From Tubiluchus corallicola (taxonomy: Eukaryota > Animalia > Priapulida), in contig JAQGDQ010000053.1 in assembly GCA_030141605.1 (NCBI GenBank), positions 62,001 to 126,000 on the forward strand: a DNA stretch of 64,000 nt, given 5' to 3'. The first letter of the stretch is position 1. Each line of letters starts with the position of its first letter. Below are positions 37,761 through 52,300 of this stretch, piece by piece. Position numbers and translations under genes: made by a program. The notes beneath the pieces are model-generated. The model had not been told where the DNA came from. It searched no databases and saw only the letters and a program-made list of their open reading frames with translations.

Positions 37761-40700
37761 GAAAGATTTTATAAACGTAGTTTATACCGTGCTATTTTTT
37801 CTGCACCGTTTTTACCGCGCACCCTTCATATTGCTTTAGTATATTTCATTTAAACAGTAAGGTTGTCTTCGCAAATACTTTTTGCGCAAATTAGCAAAAC
37901 ATGAATCAAATGAACAGACTAGTGTAATGCACGGGTATATCTGGACAAAAAAGTAAATCGAAAATATGTATTACAGCTTTCGATGAAGTCGGCGGCTCAG
38001 TTTACTATACAGTACAGTGTAATCTGTCTCGTTCAATTACTTTTCTGATTTTGGTTTCCGCCTTGTTCTGCAAATTTTTTGTAAAATTTCGTAAAAAGAC
38101 GGTTACTCAATTAAGCATGTAAAATTGACAGGTTCAATTAAATGCGGAAATAAATTTAGTCTGTTGTATAGACCGCCGTGTCGTCTGTGTGGGGTAGGTT
38201 TTAATAATTCCTACTGTATTCACTGTTTAGTATCTCATTATTCAATTAAGATGAGTTGTTTTACTCGTATCGTGCTATGATCTAACTTACCGAAATAAGC
38301 AGACTGCACTGCGCTTGTTTTATGAACTACGATTTTTCTGTTTGGGGTATAAGAAGATTACAAGATAAAATAAGCCAAAACTGGCAAAAGTTGATGATGA
38401 TTGATGACTTTACGGAAATAATGCTACAACTACTGTAGTTTTTGTTGGCCGGCCCTTGTGAAAGCATTTGTGGTAATTCTCGCAAAAGTGAGTACATGTA
38501 TACATTTTAAGTTATATGTGACTAACTAATTATAATGTGTTTTATACATCCTTGCATGTTTTTGTCCTCAGTGGGTGTTACTTAACGTAAGTGAACAACA
38601 CCTGCTCATCATATCTTTTTAAGTAACTGTAACAAACTCCTTGCAATTTCCATTGTATTTGCATGTTGTTATCGTTACTACTTAGTAGTGTTAAGATAGT
38701 TTTTTGTTGGATTACTGCTCTGCTTGCCTGTCTTGAGGCAGATTCATTTTAGAATTTGCCTGCTCAGTGTCTACAATAGACCTAATACTATAGACATACG
38801 ATGATGATGATGATGATCCTCAGCAGGTGCTGCAGGCGTTGCACAATAGAACCGAGTGGAATAGCTAAGTTAGCATGATCAGCCGGAATGTGTTTGCATT
38901 GTTGCCTCTCTATATTGTAGTGCAGTGCTGGGCATTCTTAATAAATTGATATAATAGACATAGGCATTTTTTGTTTATCTCCTAATTAACACCAGAATTA
39001 CAAGATAAACCATATGTGTTATTGTTAAATAACAATTGTGATAAAGGAAAAATATATATAAAAGAAAGTGTCAGTGGGTACAGGAAAAAAAGTAACGAAG
39101 GACTAATTGGTTGTCAAAGTCAGCTAACCTTCTCAGATTAATGTAAATTATAAAAATCTTTCATAGCACTGCTATATTATTATTATAATTGCTAGAGTAG
39201 ACGAAAAATCACTGTTACTGAAAAATCTAGGGGAACGAATTATATATGAAACACAAGGTAACTACATAGACTGTATGTTAAGGAAACAATGTAATAAAAT
39301 GAAAATATGCAATGGTACTCAAAAAATCTGTAAATTGTGTAAATAACTGATTGAACTATAAAACAAAGAAACCAAATCAGATCAAACCAGAGAAGAAAAT
39401 AAATTGTAATTGAAAAATCAATAATGGAAAACAAAATATAATGGAAAGAATATTTGCGATGATTTTCTGCCAAAAATTTCAATGCTGAATAAACTATGGA
39501 ACAAGAGGATTTATGTAAAGAAACAGAGATAGAATAAATATAATATGCAAAGAAAATTGTATGACCAAATACACTATAAATCAAAGAACATAATAAAAAA
39601 TTAATATAAAAATTAAGGATAACTTGAAACAGTGAGGAAATAATATAAGAAGATGAAGATATGTAATGATAAAAATAGAACATGAAAACAAAATCAAAGT
39701 GGAGCACAAAATATAATTTTTATAATGAAGGAATTTGTATAATAAAGGTGGTGTAACTACTAGAGTCAATTAAAAATTATTTAAGTAAACTCATATTCAT
39801 GTACATTGGTTACAGATTTATAGTAATTCTGAAAAATTTCGGTAAGCATGTTATGGGTGAATCTATACAAAAATTTGGCCAACTCCAGTTTATAAAGGTC
39901 CTGAAATTTTGAGAATTTTTGTTGCTAATATAAAGGTGTAACGGGATATAATATTATGTAATATCACAGCCAATCTGCAAGCGTGAAGTGGATACTATAT
40001 ATATATATATGTTATGTGTCCACTACTACACATGACGTTGATAAGCTTTATAGCTTCTTCCATATGAAAACAAAATGAATTTATGTTAATATTCAATTTC
40101 AGCATTTGAACTAAGCATAACGGGTTGCAACTAGAATTTAGGATCACCAGTATGTTTCAGTTTGCCTAGAAACCTAGACAAAAAATTCTAGCTAGCCAGT
40201 AAGCAGAGAGTCCACCAACACTCATTGTCTTTAGCATGTCTGCCCGAAATGTTTTAACAATGCCTTGATTCTTTGAATGGAACATTCATCTGCTGCAATA
40301 ACAAACTAGTAGCTACATTATGCCTGGATACTAAATGTACAGTGCATTACTCTGAATTATTAAGACACATATTGAGTGTGGTTTGTACCAGATAAATGAG
40401 TATACCTGTGTAGAATGTCACTGGCATTCTGTTACATTAAATTCATATTTCGATTAACGGTGCTTCTCATATATCCACGCAGGTTCTACCATGTGACAAG
40501 CAACGAAGGTACACTGTACTTAAATATATATATATATTTATATATGTATATATATATCGTTTTTTTTACTAAAACTGTTTAATAGCAAATAAGCTGTCAT
40601 CTATTTTAAATATGGAGAAGCTGTCAATTTACATCAGGCAAATTCTAATTGACAGTCCATGCTTACTGAGCCAGCTAGTGCACGGAGTGCACAATATTAT

Positions 40701-43700
40701 TTTGTCATCTACTAGTTCACTTTTGGGACATTGTTTGCATGGTGATTTTTTAGCTAAAAGAATCCTTAGTATAGTCCTTCTCTACACCCAGTACTAAACC
40801 CATCTTCAGAAAACCCTTATTTTTAACTTATATTTACATATAAACTATATACCTTTGTTGGACTTATCATTGGCTTGATTGGTAAAATTAGAAAAAGAAC
40901 ATTGTCAGAATGTATTATTAAGAGTGTTTATTCTGAAGTTTTAAGGCCACCACTGTCATATCAACAGGTAGAAAGATGCCTAAAGCATCTCTCTGATTAA
41001 TTCTAAACATACCAGTAGCTGATACAGTGTACATTTTTTTGGGTGTAGACTTACTGATTAGTGTGCTATGTGGATGTATAGGTTTTGAGCACCAGAAGTA
41101 TGCATATTTGCCTGTTGCATCTTTTAGGTTATTAGTAAAGAACTAGTGGCCACAGCTTAGTAAATATAATTTTTTATACACTTATGTTTGTGGTACACTT
41201 CCTGGTCATACATGGTACTTCAAATCTTTATACTGAGGATTTACAAATCTTGAATATTCATTTATTCAAGTAACTCTAAGTGTTGCAGATGTTGAATCAA
41301 ATGTATATATAGATTGACACTGGATTGCTGTTTACTGGTACTGCAGTTACGTGGCTTTGCTTGGCACCAGAATTGGAATGCTTTTAGAGAAATTTAGTTT
41401 ACTGTAGTGGACCTCATTAATGGTCTTCTTGACCTCTACCAGACTATTACTATTCTACTTACAATAGGCAGTTTCGCTATAGCAATCACATGTGTCCTCA
41501 CTGGGTCGGTGGGTGATATGTTGCACATGAAGCATGAGCCATTATAAAGCAATTTCTGATGCATAGTTATTCATTCACGTTCCTGTATATTGTTTATTAC
41601 GATATATATATGTTTATGTAATATTGCGTTTATTGTATCTTGAATCGGTTTTTTTAGGTTGTGTTTCCAGTATACTTGTCGCATACTTATTGCTGTGTAC
41701 TTGTTGCCCTTGACTGTTGGTTATAACGTCGGACTTCATTTCACCCCAAATGGTCCCCAGTTCATCTGTTATGAGGGTTTGCTCTATTTTAAGTCTTCGG
41801 CTTTAAGAAAACGGTAAATTTACAACATGTTAAGCCCACAAAAAATAGTCACAGGGTGGTACTAGATTTTCTTGAATTAACATATAACTCACAGCTGCCG
41901 TGAAACAGATTAAATTGAATTGCTTTTTTACTGAAACATTGACCAAAGAAGAAAGTTTATGCATGAGTCACTTCTTAAATTCTAAACAATAGTAAGTGGT
42001 ATAGTAAGAAATCTGGAGGTGTTGTGTGTTTACCGTATAGGCTAACTGTAAGTGACACCATGTTTGGACAACTGTAAGCTATCGTTCATTTGTAGCTTGC
42101 AATGTGACAATAGTAAAAAATTATCTGTTAGATATTTACTCATTTTGAAAATTTTATTCTTGGCTTTTAAATGTAGTTGCAGTTTGATAAAGCAGCATGT
42201 TTGTTCTTTCTGGCTTTAAACAGTTTAAATGCACCTAGAGTCCTAGACATTCACCGAGGTCCTGGCAACGACATTGGAATTATGTTGTTAATACAAGCTA
42301 GGTTTGAGTGATGACACAAGATTGCTCCTGTTCTTTAAAATTCATCACCTTAAGTTTTGGTATTAAAGATTAAACCTTTTCTTTTTTTATTAACTTTTAG
42401 AAGCTACAGTGATGCGACTATTAGTCCTGTGCTAATTTAGAAAGAAAAAAAAACAAACAAAGCCAGCAAGCGTATAGCAATAGCAAACGTGTGAATTTTA
42501 TGGACTAAGATGAGGATTCACGCTTTTGTGATTTCTGGAACTACTAGGCGCTTTCAATTGCAAAATTATAAGTAGAGCTGAAAAGTGCAGCAACTTAAAC
42601 TACAAATGGAGACATTCATGAAAATGAGTTTTGAAACTTTGAACTTGTCTAGAAATTTGTATGGGTCGTTTGAAACTTTATTATACACTGTAATTAGAAC
42701 TTTTATTATTACATGTGCCGATTCATACTATTGCCGAGACAGCATTTCATATTGCTATAGCAATATAGTTGTTATAGTTTCTGTGTTTTTGTAGTGAAAT
42801 GGTTTCATATACATATACCTTTATATTATTTTATGTTACTTTCACCAGTAAAATTGTTTGAACAGGGTGTGACACACTTTGTTCGGTGTGCATCTTCACT
42901 CATGCTTCTCTTACTAAATGCATTATCCTTGATAACGTTAGCATTCCAGGCTCACGTTGCTTGCCTCCCTGCATTGAGCCAATGGATCAATGATTCAAAG
43001 CGTGTATCAGTGATGCGTATGTCTGCCTTTGCGTTGGATATAAATAGCTTTCCTGGGCTCGCTCGTTTACTAGCAGCTAAGCATTGATATGATACACGTT
43101 AATTTAGCTGTATTTGTAGCATTTGGTTGCCATTTGCGTTTATGCTGGCTGACTTGTGGGATCACAACCGAAATTAGGGAATTTAGATTGCCTGGTTGAA
43201 CGGTATTCATTACTGCGGTTTGTGTTCGCTGTATAACTACAGCTCAATGAGCAGCGGACCACCACTTACCAGCGTTTGGACTCCATTAATTTTTTATTTT
43301 TCCATTTCTTGGATGTTTCGAGCAATTTAGTTTCTAAGTTTTGCTTTTTAACAACAGACTAATATTTGCAAACCAAAAACATTTTTTGTTTTTTAGGGGG
43401 ACTTGTGTAACATGCAAATCAACAAGTGGGTAAAACAGGTCTCATAGAGCATGTTTCAGTTGTAGCGTATTGCAGCTCAGCAGTGCAATTATTATACAAT
43501 TATAATATTTTTTCACAACTAGCTACTGATTAAGATTTATTTTATGCTACTATTGGACTTAAAAATAAACGATCCTTGGTAAATCATTTAAAATTGTTCT
43601 AACCAATTATGAATGATTTTTAATTTGTTTTACTACTATTATATTTATTTGTAGTTTCGCTTAATCTGGAGTATTTGCTTATTTGTAGTGTAGTTGTAGT

Positions 43701-45499
43701 ATTACTTATTGCTAAACTATAATATTTTATTTGCTTTATTGTCCATTTAATACACAATTCGCAGATGGCACTAAGCCACGCCTCCCTGAATAGTACTGGA
43801 TAAACCTCATAAACTGTAGCTGGCTGACAACCACTTCCGAACAGAATAACTATAAACATACCAGAAAGCACGAAAAATGAAAGGACGTTTTGCAATGATT
43901 TGTTACTTATTCCAGAAAATGTATCTCTGTTATACTTACTTTACATTTAATAATTTCGGTCATGGATATGTGGCTGTTATGCAAGTTTTATGTGAAAGAT
44001 TAAACATTGTTACCTGACGGTTAGAATGCTGGTCTTTGATGAAAAAGTCTACCGCCGCGCAAACTTGTTGTAAAAGAAAAATTACAAATACGGTTTTGAG
44101 ATCAAAGTCCAGAATGAAAATTAAAAGTTTGTTATGCAACTTGAACTCTTCAATCAAAATCTTGCTTAATGGTAAAACAAATCTGAATCTTTGTTACTGA
44201 GACGGGTAGAAACAAAGTACATTTAAAGACTTATGCGTAACTTATGTCCGATAACATCTGATTATAAACAACATAAGTTCCCCAGGCTAAAGTTTGTGAA
44301 TACAATAATTAAAAGGGCCTACTAACTATAGATCTTAATACTATTTGGCAACCTCTTGTTGTGCATGTATAGTGTTGAAGTTGGCATATTATATTCTTAC
44401 GTTATAGAACACGGTCAAGTTTCAAATTTGAAAAATAGAAAACTAACTACCTTGAAAAAGACGGTACGGTTTTTATTAATATTTGAAGAATTCGGTTTTT
44501 CTCATGTATGAGCAATCGGCAACATCTGTCTGTCCTTTTTGCCTAAATAAAAATAATTTAATCATGTATACACTCACTTTCGTAGTATGTTCTGCATGCG
44601 CGTTTATCGTGCTGTTTGCGAGTAAACGTCTGACGTGTGTGGCAGCTTGCCACTTAAAGGGCCTGATTGTAAGGTGGGCAGTGGACTCCTGTTGGTTGAT
44701 TGACGCATCGTGATCCCTCTGTTGTAGCCCGTGATGCTTTAAGTTCCTTTTTTGTTACAATAAATGTGGAAAAATAAATTTACACCGACCTCAAATGATT
44801 AACTGGTAGAATTACATCTTTATTTTCAGAACATTTTTAGCGGGTATCACAAACACACTTTGTTGTTTGTATTTTGAAACATTTTGTTTACAGCAAGCAG
44901 TGTTAGTAGCTGTTGAGTTCTTACTTTACTGTTTCTGGTGTAAACATAAGCTTCTATTCCTACGCCTGCTTGTAGTGGAGCCTATTACTGGCTATTAGGT
45001 TAGCAGTGTAAACACTCATCAAGTATCTAAGTTGTCTAGCTTTCAATATCTAGCTACAATGTGAGCACATGCAAGTTATGATATAGGAGATAAACTAGAT
45101 TTAAGATGATAGCCTGCCGTTATGCCCTTTATCACAACCATTTAAGAAATTTACAAGAATTAAAGGAAAAACCAAGTCTCTCCTTTTAGAGAAAGTTTCA
45201 GCAATAAAATTGTGTGATATATGATAAACTCCTCATGTAATTTGTAAAATCAATTTAAAGTCGCAATTATTTCACTCTTGAGTGAGCTTGTTTTGAACGG
45301 AAAATTGCATCATCTGATTATGTGCAATGTAAACACTTATCCAACTAGGTGCTTGAGCAAACTTTTTGCAACTATTATCAACTACAGACAGTCCAAAATG
45401 TTAAACGAGAGATTATTGGTACTGTTTTCTTGTATTTTGATGAATCTATGTAACGAAAATTAGCTACTGATGATAAAATAATAACCTCCAACTCGGCTA

Positions 45500-46010
45500 G
45501 TTAAGGCCGACAAAGGAACAGAATAATTATTTTAGTAAACTAAAACTATAAGTCTATAGGCTAAGTAATCCGCCCCGAGCCTACTGTATGGTCGCAGGCT
45601 TGCAGAATTCCATGCGTGTCTATAATTATATCATATGTAGTATGTACATATTTTGAGTTATAATCCTGTAAGCATTTTAAACCTGTTGTTAATTATAATC
45701 CAGTGACTAATTTTCACAAAATTCAGTTAAACACAAAAATTTAATCAGCTGGAACAGCGAAATTTCTGAGTGAACTACAGAAGTTTGTGTTACACCTGCC
45801 TACGTGCTGTCAGGCATCTTACGTCCTTTTTTCACATATGCCCACAGTGAGGTTAATTTTTTTAAATATGCCTGCAGTGAGGTTCACTTGGTGGGAGATA
45901 CGAATGATTTAAATTGTTTTTGCATTTTTAAGCGAAGCATTTTATGTGCGTATATTATGCTATAATTTCAATATTTCTAAGTGTATATTAAATTACAATG
46001 AATGTTGTTC
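45500..46010 (+). repeat. Dispersed repeat, copy 2 (copy 1 at ~18130-18650)
   Basis: Same blocks in the same order and orientation as copy 1. Confidence 0.8.
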
Positions 46011-46679
46011 AAGTGTTGGTTTTTCCTTTAGTCTAAAACATACATCATAAGGCCCTTAATTTCAAAATTAAACTGCAGAATTTCCTATATTTACTAATTA
46101 TACGTATATTATGACTGTGCATTGTAACTAACTAGGGAGGACTCTGACCGGTGTTAACTAGGCTAGAGAACCAGCAGTGAGCTATAAAAATATTTCGACT
46201 AAGAAAGACAGTCTTTTTGCTTGTGATATTATTCTAATTTTAATCCTGCTGGTACTGCTGTGTGAACTCATCTTGTTCACAGTAACTTGATCATATAGCT
46301 AACTAGATCACAAAAATCACGAAATTCTGAAAGTCTGAATCTTCTAAAGCCCAAAGTCACGAATTCTTCATAGATTGGGCTTCAGACTGATCTCAATTAA
46401 GATAAAGATATGCCACCCTGCTGTGACCTTAGTGTTTTCCAATTCTTAATATCATTTTTTAATTAAAAAATGCACCGTTTCTGCTGTTCTTAAGGTAGTA
46501 ATATCAAAATGTGTTTCATCTGATCTAGTGAAACAGAGTACTGTTATGCCAGTGACTTGTCACCACCTCTTCTGAAAAGAAATTTCAGGTTTGGTTTCTT
46601 TTACTCTTGAGACAGCACCTGGTAGGGGCAATGGGCTAATCCTTTCATGGACGTTTGAGGTCATGGCAGTGAAATTATC

Positions 46680-47090
46680 ACGGCAGTACGAAAACATGTT
46701 CTTGTTTGCTCAACCCGTAAATGAAACATCTGTGGGCATTATGGAAATATCTGCAGCCTATGAGGCTATACAGCTTTTGCCATCTGGTCTCAACCGAATT
46801 ACCATTAAACTCTCTTGAATTCCTATCAGAGAGAAAGTTTTTGACTTGATGAGAACAAGGTATATTTTTTTTAGTCAAAACATTCTTGTGTGACTTTATC
46901 TCATTAACTGTTGCCTGTCAATACCTGATAATGCTTTGAAAAGGTTTAATGTAACAGCTTGTTTCTTTAGGTTTCTTATGTAATTGACCAGTTCAAAGTC
47001 ATAACCTAAGTGCAGTGGTAAGGTTTACAAAGACTGTAATTAGCACGTTGCTCCTTACCTAGATGTTTTTTATTTTTTATATAAAACATA
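46680..47090 (-). pseudogene. Possible decayed MULE/SWIM-domain transposase fragment
   Basis: Minus-strand NIPCSHQVKNFL...VETRWQKLY resembles the SWIM finger end (PCxH) followed by the RWxK motif of Mutator/FAR1-type proteins; upstream Cys pair not recoverable. Confidence 0.3.
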
Positions 47091-47309
47091 CATATTGCAT
47101 TGATAAAGTAAATCATAATAATGTAAATCAGTAAGTTATAGAAGATATATTGGTAATGATGTGAATCGGTCATAGTCTGAGCCCCAGTATGTGACATAAT
47201 AATCTGCTCTAAACATCAGTTAATAAACTCATGTGCACATTTAAACAGGTCTTAGAGTACTTACTTGATCATCTTAGCTACTTAACAAAACGAGTACCTT
47301 ATTATAACA

Positions 47310-47871
47310 TCTCAGTGTCATTGTTGTTTCCCAATTGAGAACATTTATTTCGGTGGCTGTTTAACAGTATATTGGCTGCTGATCACATAAAAATAGGATG
47401 ATCACTACTGACCAGTCACGTTTTCCAATAATTGGTAATTTGTTCAAAGATCGGTTTCTTTAGGATAAAATATCGACAATCAGATCGGAATCGATGAATT
47501 TATTATTAGGACTACAGTTCCATTTATATTGTTTATTTATGAGTGCAAAATGCAGCTGTGTTTGTAGAAAAAGATTTAAAATGCTAAAAAAATCATTAAT
47601 TTTAGTGCTTAACATTTACCTTATGGATTAATGTATAATAAATTAACATCTTTTTAATTTTAATCATGTGCAAAGCATATGCGTAAGAAAAAATACCATT
47701 TGCATGATACATAATCGGCAGGTGATCGGGTTTTTGAAAGAATTTGATGAGCGAACAAGTCTGAAATCGGGTTTAAAAAACTGTGATTAACGATTGATCG
47801 TAGATTAGTTTTTGGGAAAAAAAATCGCCAATCGGATTGGAATCAGAAAACTTGAGATCGGAGCAACATTG
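47310..47871. mobile_element. hAT-like MITE remnant with ATCGG repeats
   Basis: Many (G/A)ATCGG motifs; ends GCAACATTG. Confidence 0.45.
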
Positions 47872-49333
47872 GTTGATCTTTTATAACTTTTTATTAATTG
47901 CCTATTCCAGGTTTTGCAAATAAAAAGTGTAATCATTCTTTCATGTACTTTGTACAAAGCAGAAAAAATAATGTGCATTTTTTTACGTTTTCTACTTTTC
48001 AGCTAGACTCGACTACTTTACGTTCTTCAAGACCCTTACTTTGTAGGCTGAACTGAATGCACTTGTTTTTTGCATTACTAATGTTCATTCTTCATGTTCC
48101 TTAAATAAACAAGCAATGATCTGTAAATAATATTAGCTGCTTCCCTTGGCTTCCTTATAACCATGTTAGTAGGTAATAATGTTTGTAGTTTGTTACAAGT
48201 AAAAGTTTATTTACAGTAGCTTGTTTAATAACATCAAACGATATATTTTTAATGCTAAACTGACAGTTGCTTTCTATAAATTTGTCCAGTAATGCTGGTG
48301 TAATTGTTAATCATTTATGCTACTGAATAACTTGGAATGCTACGTTCCAAGTTATATTCGCATAAATTTTCATTTGATTTAATGAACATTGTAATAGATT
48401 CCCTGAGAAATGTCAGCTGTTAGAATCAGGACTACAAGTAGTCTACGTAATATCTTACTTATTCATAAAGTGCTCAAAATTGCTTGTAAATTTTAAACCA
48501 CACTTGACAATATAAAGTTGCTAATTTTATGTAGAAACATTGACAGGCTAAGTTGTGAAGGCTTTGTGTGATTACATTGATATAAAGGAGTTAATTGTTT
48601 TTCATCCAGATGTGGTGAATGCGTTTTACTGTAGTGCATGCATAATCCATATGGTTTTTCTTTCTATTAAGATCGATTAAGCAGTCAAGTAAAGTGATGC
48701 TTGAGCAAGAAAAAGCTTTTAGTTTGAAATGAATACTTATCCCACAAAATCCACCAGTAATTACTTTTCATGTGAATACTAAAATTTAGGCCTGGATTAC
48801 TGTAATCACATTAATTTTACAAAAATTCATTCCTTGTGAAAATTTTCAGAGAATGAAGAAATTTATCTTTGTTGGAAACTATGTCCAAATTCTTTATAGA
48901 AAAGGGGTTCTGAAGGTGAAAAATTTTTGTGTGATAGTGTGATCTTGTCACTCTTGTGTATTTTTGCTGTATCAAAAAGTTTGATAGAAGTCATATTTTC
49001 CTAGAATTTCAAAGCAGGAAAATTTATGACTTTTTCACTTGACTTTTAATATTTTTGTAGTATGAAGTATGCACATCTTTACCTAGTCTTACTGTAGTGC
49101 CTGAATAGGAAACACGTACAGAAATTTCAGAATCTTAGAAAAACTAACAGCATTTCCTCTGAATTTTTATGAAATTCGTAAATTTAAGCTACCAGTTACG
49201 ATTAACTTTGTTTTTCAGTTATGACAGCAGCTGCAAATATTCAATTATCGTAGAACAAGGCTGCTGAATTTGATTGTGCAAAACTAGTGTCAGGAGCAAA
49301 GCAATAAAACGTAAATGAGATGACGTGAGCGGA

Positions 49334-52300
49334 ATGGGTGAGTGGTTTACTGTACTAGAATGTGTTATTGCATCTAGCAGTTTTGTCAATGAAGAATCAC
49401 AGGAAAAACATTAGTGATGATTGATCTAATGCAAATGTGAGTTTATGTAATAGCCTGAAGCTGAAAATACTGTTTGCTTAATATCTCAGTTCCTCCTTGA
49501 TAATTGTGTGTTCTGCCTAATGCATCAAAATATTTTTCAGATGAAGAAGAAAGAAAGCTACTAGAACAAGCAGACAGAGAGAGAGCCGACATAGTCCTAC
49601 GCTACGAAAAGGTGCGAAGTCACTAAACCTACTGTTTAATCGCTAAACCTAATGCAATGCATTTCGTAGAAATTGTGTAGATTAGTACTTCTAATCATAT
49701 TGTTGGTGCATTAGCTGTTTTTCTACAGTTGTCTCCTCAAGCTGATTAAAGGTGCTGTGAGACGTAGCCTAGACCGCTAACTATTTGCTCTAAGTAATTT
49801 CACTGCCCATTTCCTGGCAATTCTTTTATTACTTTATTTTATGTTCTAATCAATACTTTGCAGTTTTTTACTCGATTACTGTTGCAAACAGCAGAAATGC
49901 AGTAATGCTATTGTACTGTAGAGTGTTGATATTCATTCATGCAAACTCATTGAAATTGAATTAAAACGATTTATTGTTATGGCTACATTTATAGTCCTGT
50001 CCTTGGACAGAGGCCTGCAAAAATTTTGGGAGTGATGTACTAAGCCACTTGAAACTTTTAGTGTAGTCACTTGAGATTAAAAAAAACTTGGGTAGCTTTT
50101 CCATAAGTGTGGTGCAAAATGTTTTAACTATGGCAGGATTTTTTCAGTCATAGTTCAGTAGAATTTGTAAAAAAACTCGCATATTTTGCTTTGAAAGATT
50201 GAAAGTTTGTAGAATGCTTGAGCCCATTAATATGATTATTGATTCCAATCAAAAATCATCCAATATAACCTCTATTGTCAAGATAACCGACAAAATATGG
50301 CTGCGCTAGCTTATGAAGACCATATTTTAGCTATTAGAGCAGGCAAGATGGTGATTTTAATCTCTAAATGTAGATTTAAGTTTTTTCAAGGACAAGGAAT
50401 TTATATTTAACATTTAAAAGCTCCTTCAGTATTATCCCATTTAGGATTTCAAGGTGGCTGCCAAATTGGCCACATGGCTGCTCTGGTAATATATTAGCTT
50501 TACTGAACGTTCTGTTCCACATGATGATTTTAGTCTTCAGATATAGGTTATAATAGTCAGGGAATTCATTTCTAGTAAGTAGAATTTTCCAACTTCATTT
50601 CACTGGAAAATCTAAGATGGCAGCCACAATGGCCACTAACGGCCCTGCTCATAAAATAAAGTATGTTCTAGTGAAATAAAACAACAATTTTGTTGTCCTA
50701 TCATTTCTGATGTTTATAATATACCAAAAATTCAACAGTTGTATGTGAATGTTATGGGGGTATAGTTGGCCTCACCGAGAATTCAGTTGAGCTGCTCAGA
50801 TGAACGTATTCTGGACTTGAGGTAGCATGAACAATCAGTGAGCTTGAAACAACTAGAAAAATTAAAAGAAAACAAAAGCAAAGGACCATACAAGTGCTGT
50901 CAGTTTAAATCGACAAAAGAAGTTAAACCATTAACTGAAGTTCTAGTGTTAATTATAAATCCGGTACTATGCTGCGTGCAACACAGACCAAGAGAATGCG
51001 TCATCTGCTTTATCCTCACGCTGTCACCAAGAGATAGCCTCTCATCTTCTTTTCCATATATTGGCATTCAAGGCTGTAAACACATCATGATCATGTCTCG
51101 ATACTGTTGGCAAAACACATAAAGACTTGCTGTAAGGAAAGGACACTTAGTGGAAGTGTTTTCTCCATTACTGTTGAAGTACACCAAACATGTGGTATAT
51201 CAGACAATAATGTTGAACAGTTGGACCCTAGCTTCACCATCACAATTTGACTGTGATTCTATTGAATGAACATGTCAACCACAATAGACATTGTGTCATT
51301 ATAGCCTGACAAAGCAAAAGCATGTCAACTAATTATTTAAGCCTGCTAAAATATGTCTTGGCAGATATAAATATATCCAGGCAAGTCTTATTTGTATACA
51401 TCAGACACGATTCTTTTTAATATTCAATACGTATGACATGACAACAAATTATCATTTTATTTATACTTGAATATATTTGTGCCAACTTAGCAGCCATTTT
51501 AGATTTCTTAATGAAATGATGCCTATGAAAAATTTTACTTAGTAAGAATTAATTCCTTTTTTAAACCTACTTTTGGACTCTAAAAAATCATGTCTGCAAT
51601 AGAATGTGCGATAAGGCTAGTATTATACAAGAACTGCCATATGTGCAGCCATCTTGGAATTCCAATTGGGATGATATTACAGGAGCTTTTAAGTATCAAA
51701 TATGGATTTCTTGACCTAGCAAACATATATTTAGACAACAAAATCACCAACCATAGCCAATATATGGCTTTTATAAGTTAATAGGTTGGGTTTATTGAAA
51801 ATAGTGGCCATTCTGGATGATTTTAAATTGGTATAAATAAAAAGAGAAAGTCTATTTCCGTGAATTATATTACAATATTATGTTGCTGTCATAGGGTAGA
51901 GAAGGACAGGTTATTGAACCATGGGAGGATCCAGCTTTTGAAGTCTACCATCTGACAGACAGATTTGGTTTTATGCAGTATGTACAGTATTTCTTATTGT
52001 TAGTACTACTTTGTCTAGTAACTTCACTGTGAGGAAATGCAAAGTCAAATTTTGTTTGGATTTGTTTGATTATTCTTCTACCAGTGCCTACAAAAACAAA
52101 AAGAAAATACATTAAATTGTTAACAGTAAGTTGCAGTAACACCTTATAACTTTACAAAATGAAATGACTGTGGGCTCTACCACAGTCAAATAACGTCTCA
52201 AAAGTCTACTTTTCTATTAGGTTTACTTTATGGATTTATAAAAAAATTTGTTTTCTTAGCAGATTATAAAATTGCATGTATTTATATGTGCTTAATCTTA

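Noticed and set aside
39240-39707. 155-aa hydrophobic ORF on the minus strand
   Set aside because: F/Y/I/S-rich product is the by-product of an A-rich opposite strand (probably decayed LINE); no motif or splice support.
39962-39985. TATCACAGCCA, matching the 5' end of the miR-2 family
   Set aside because: Match stops after 11 nt and there is no complementary arm to form a precursor hairpin.
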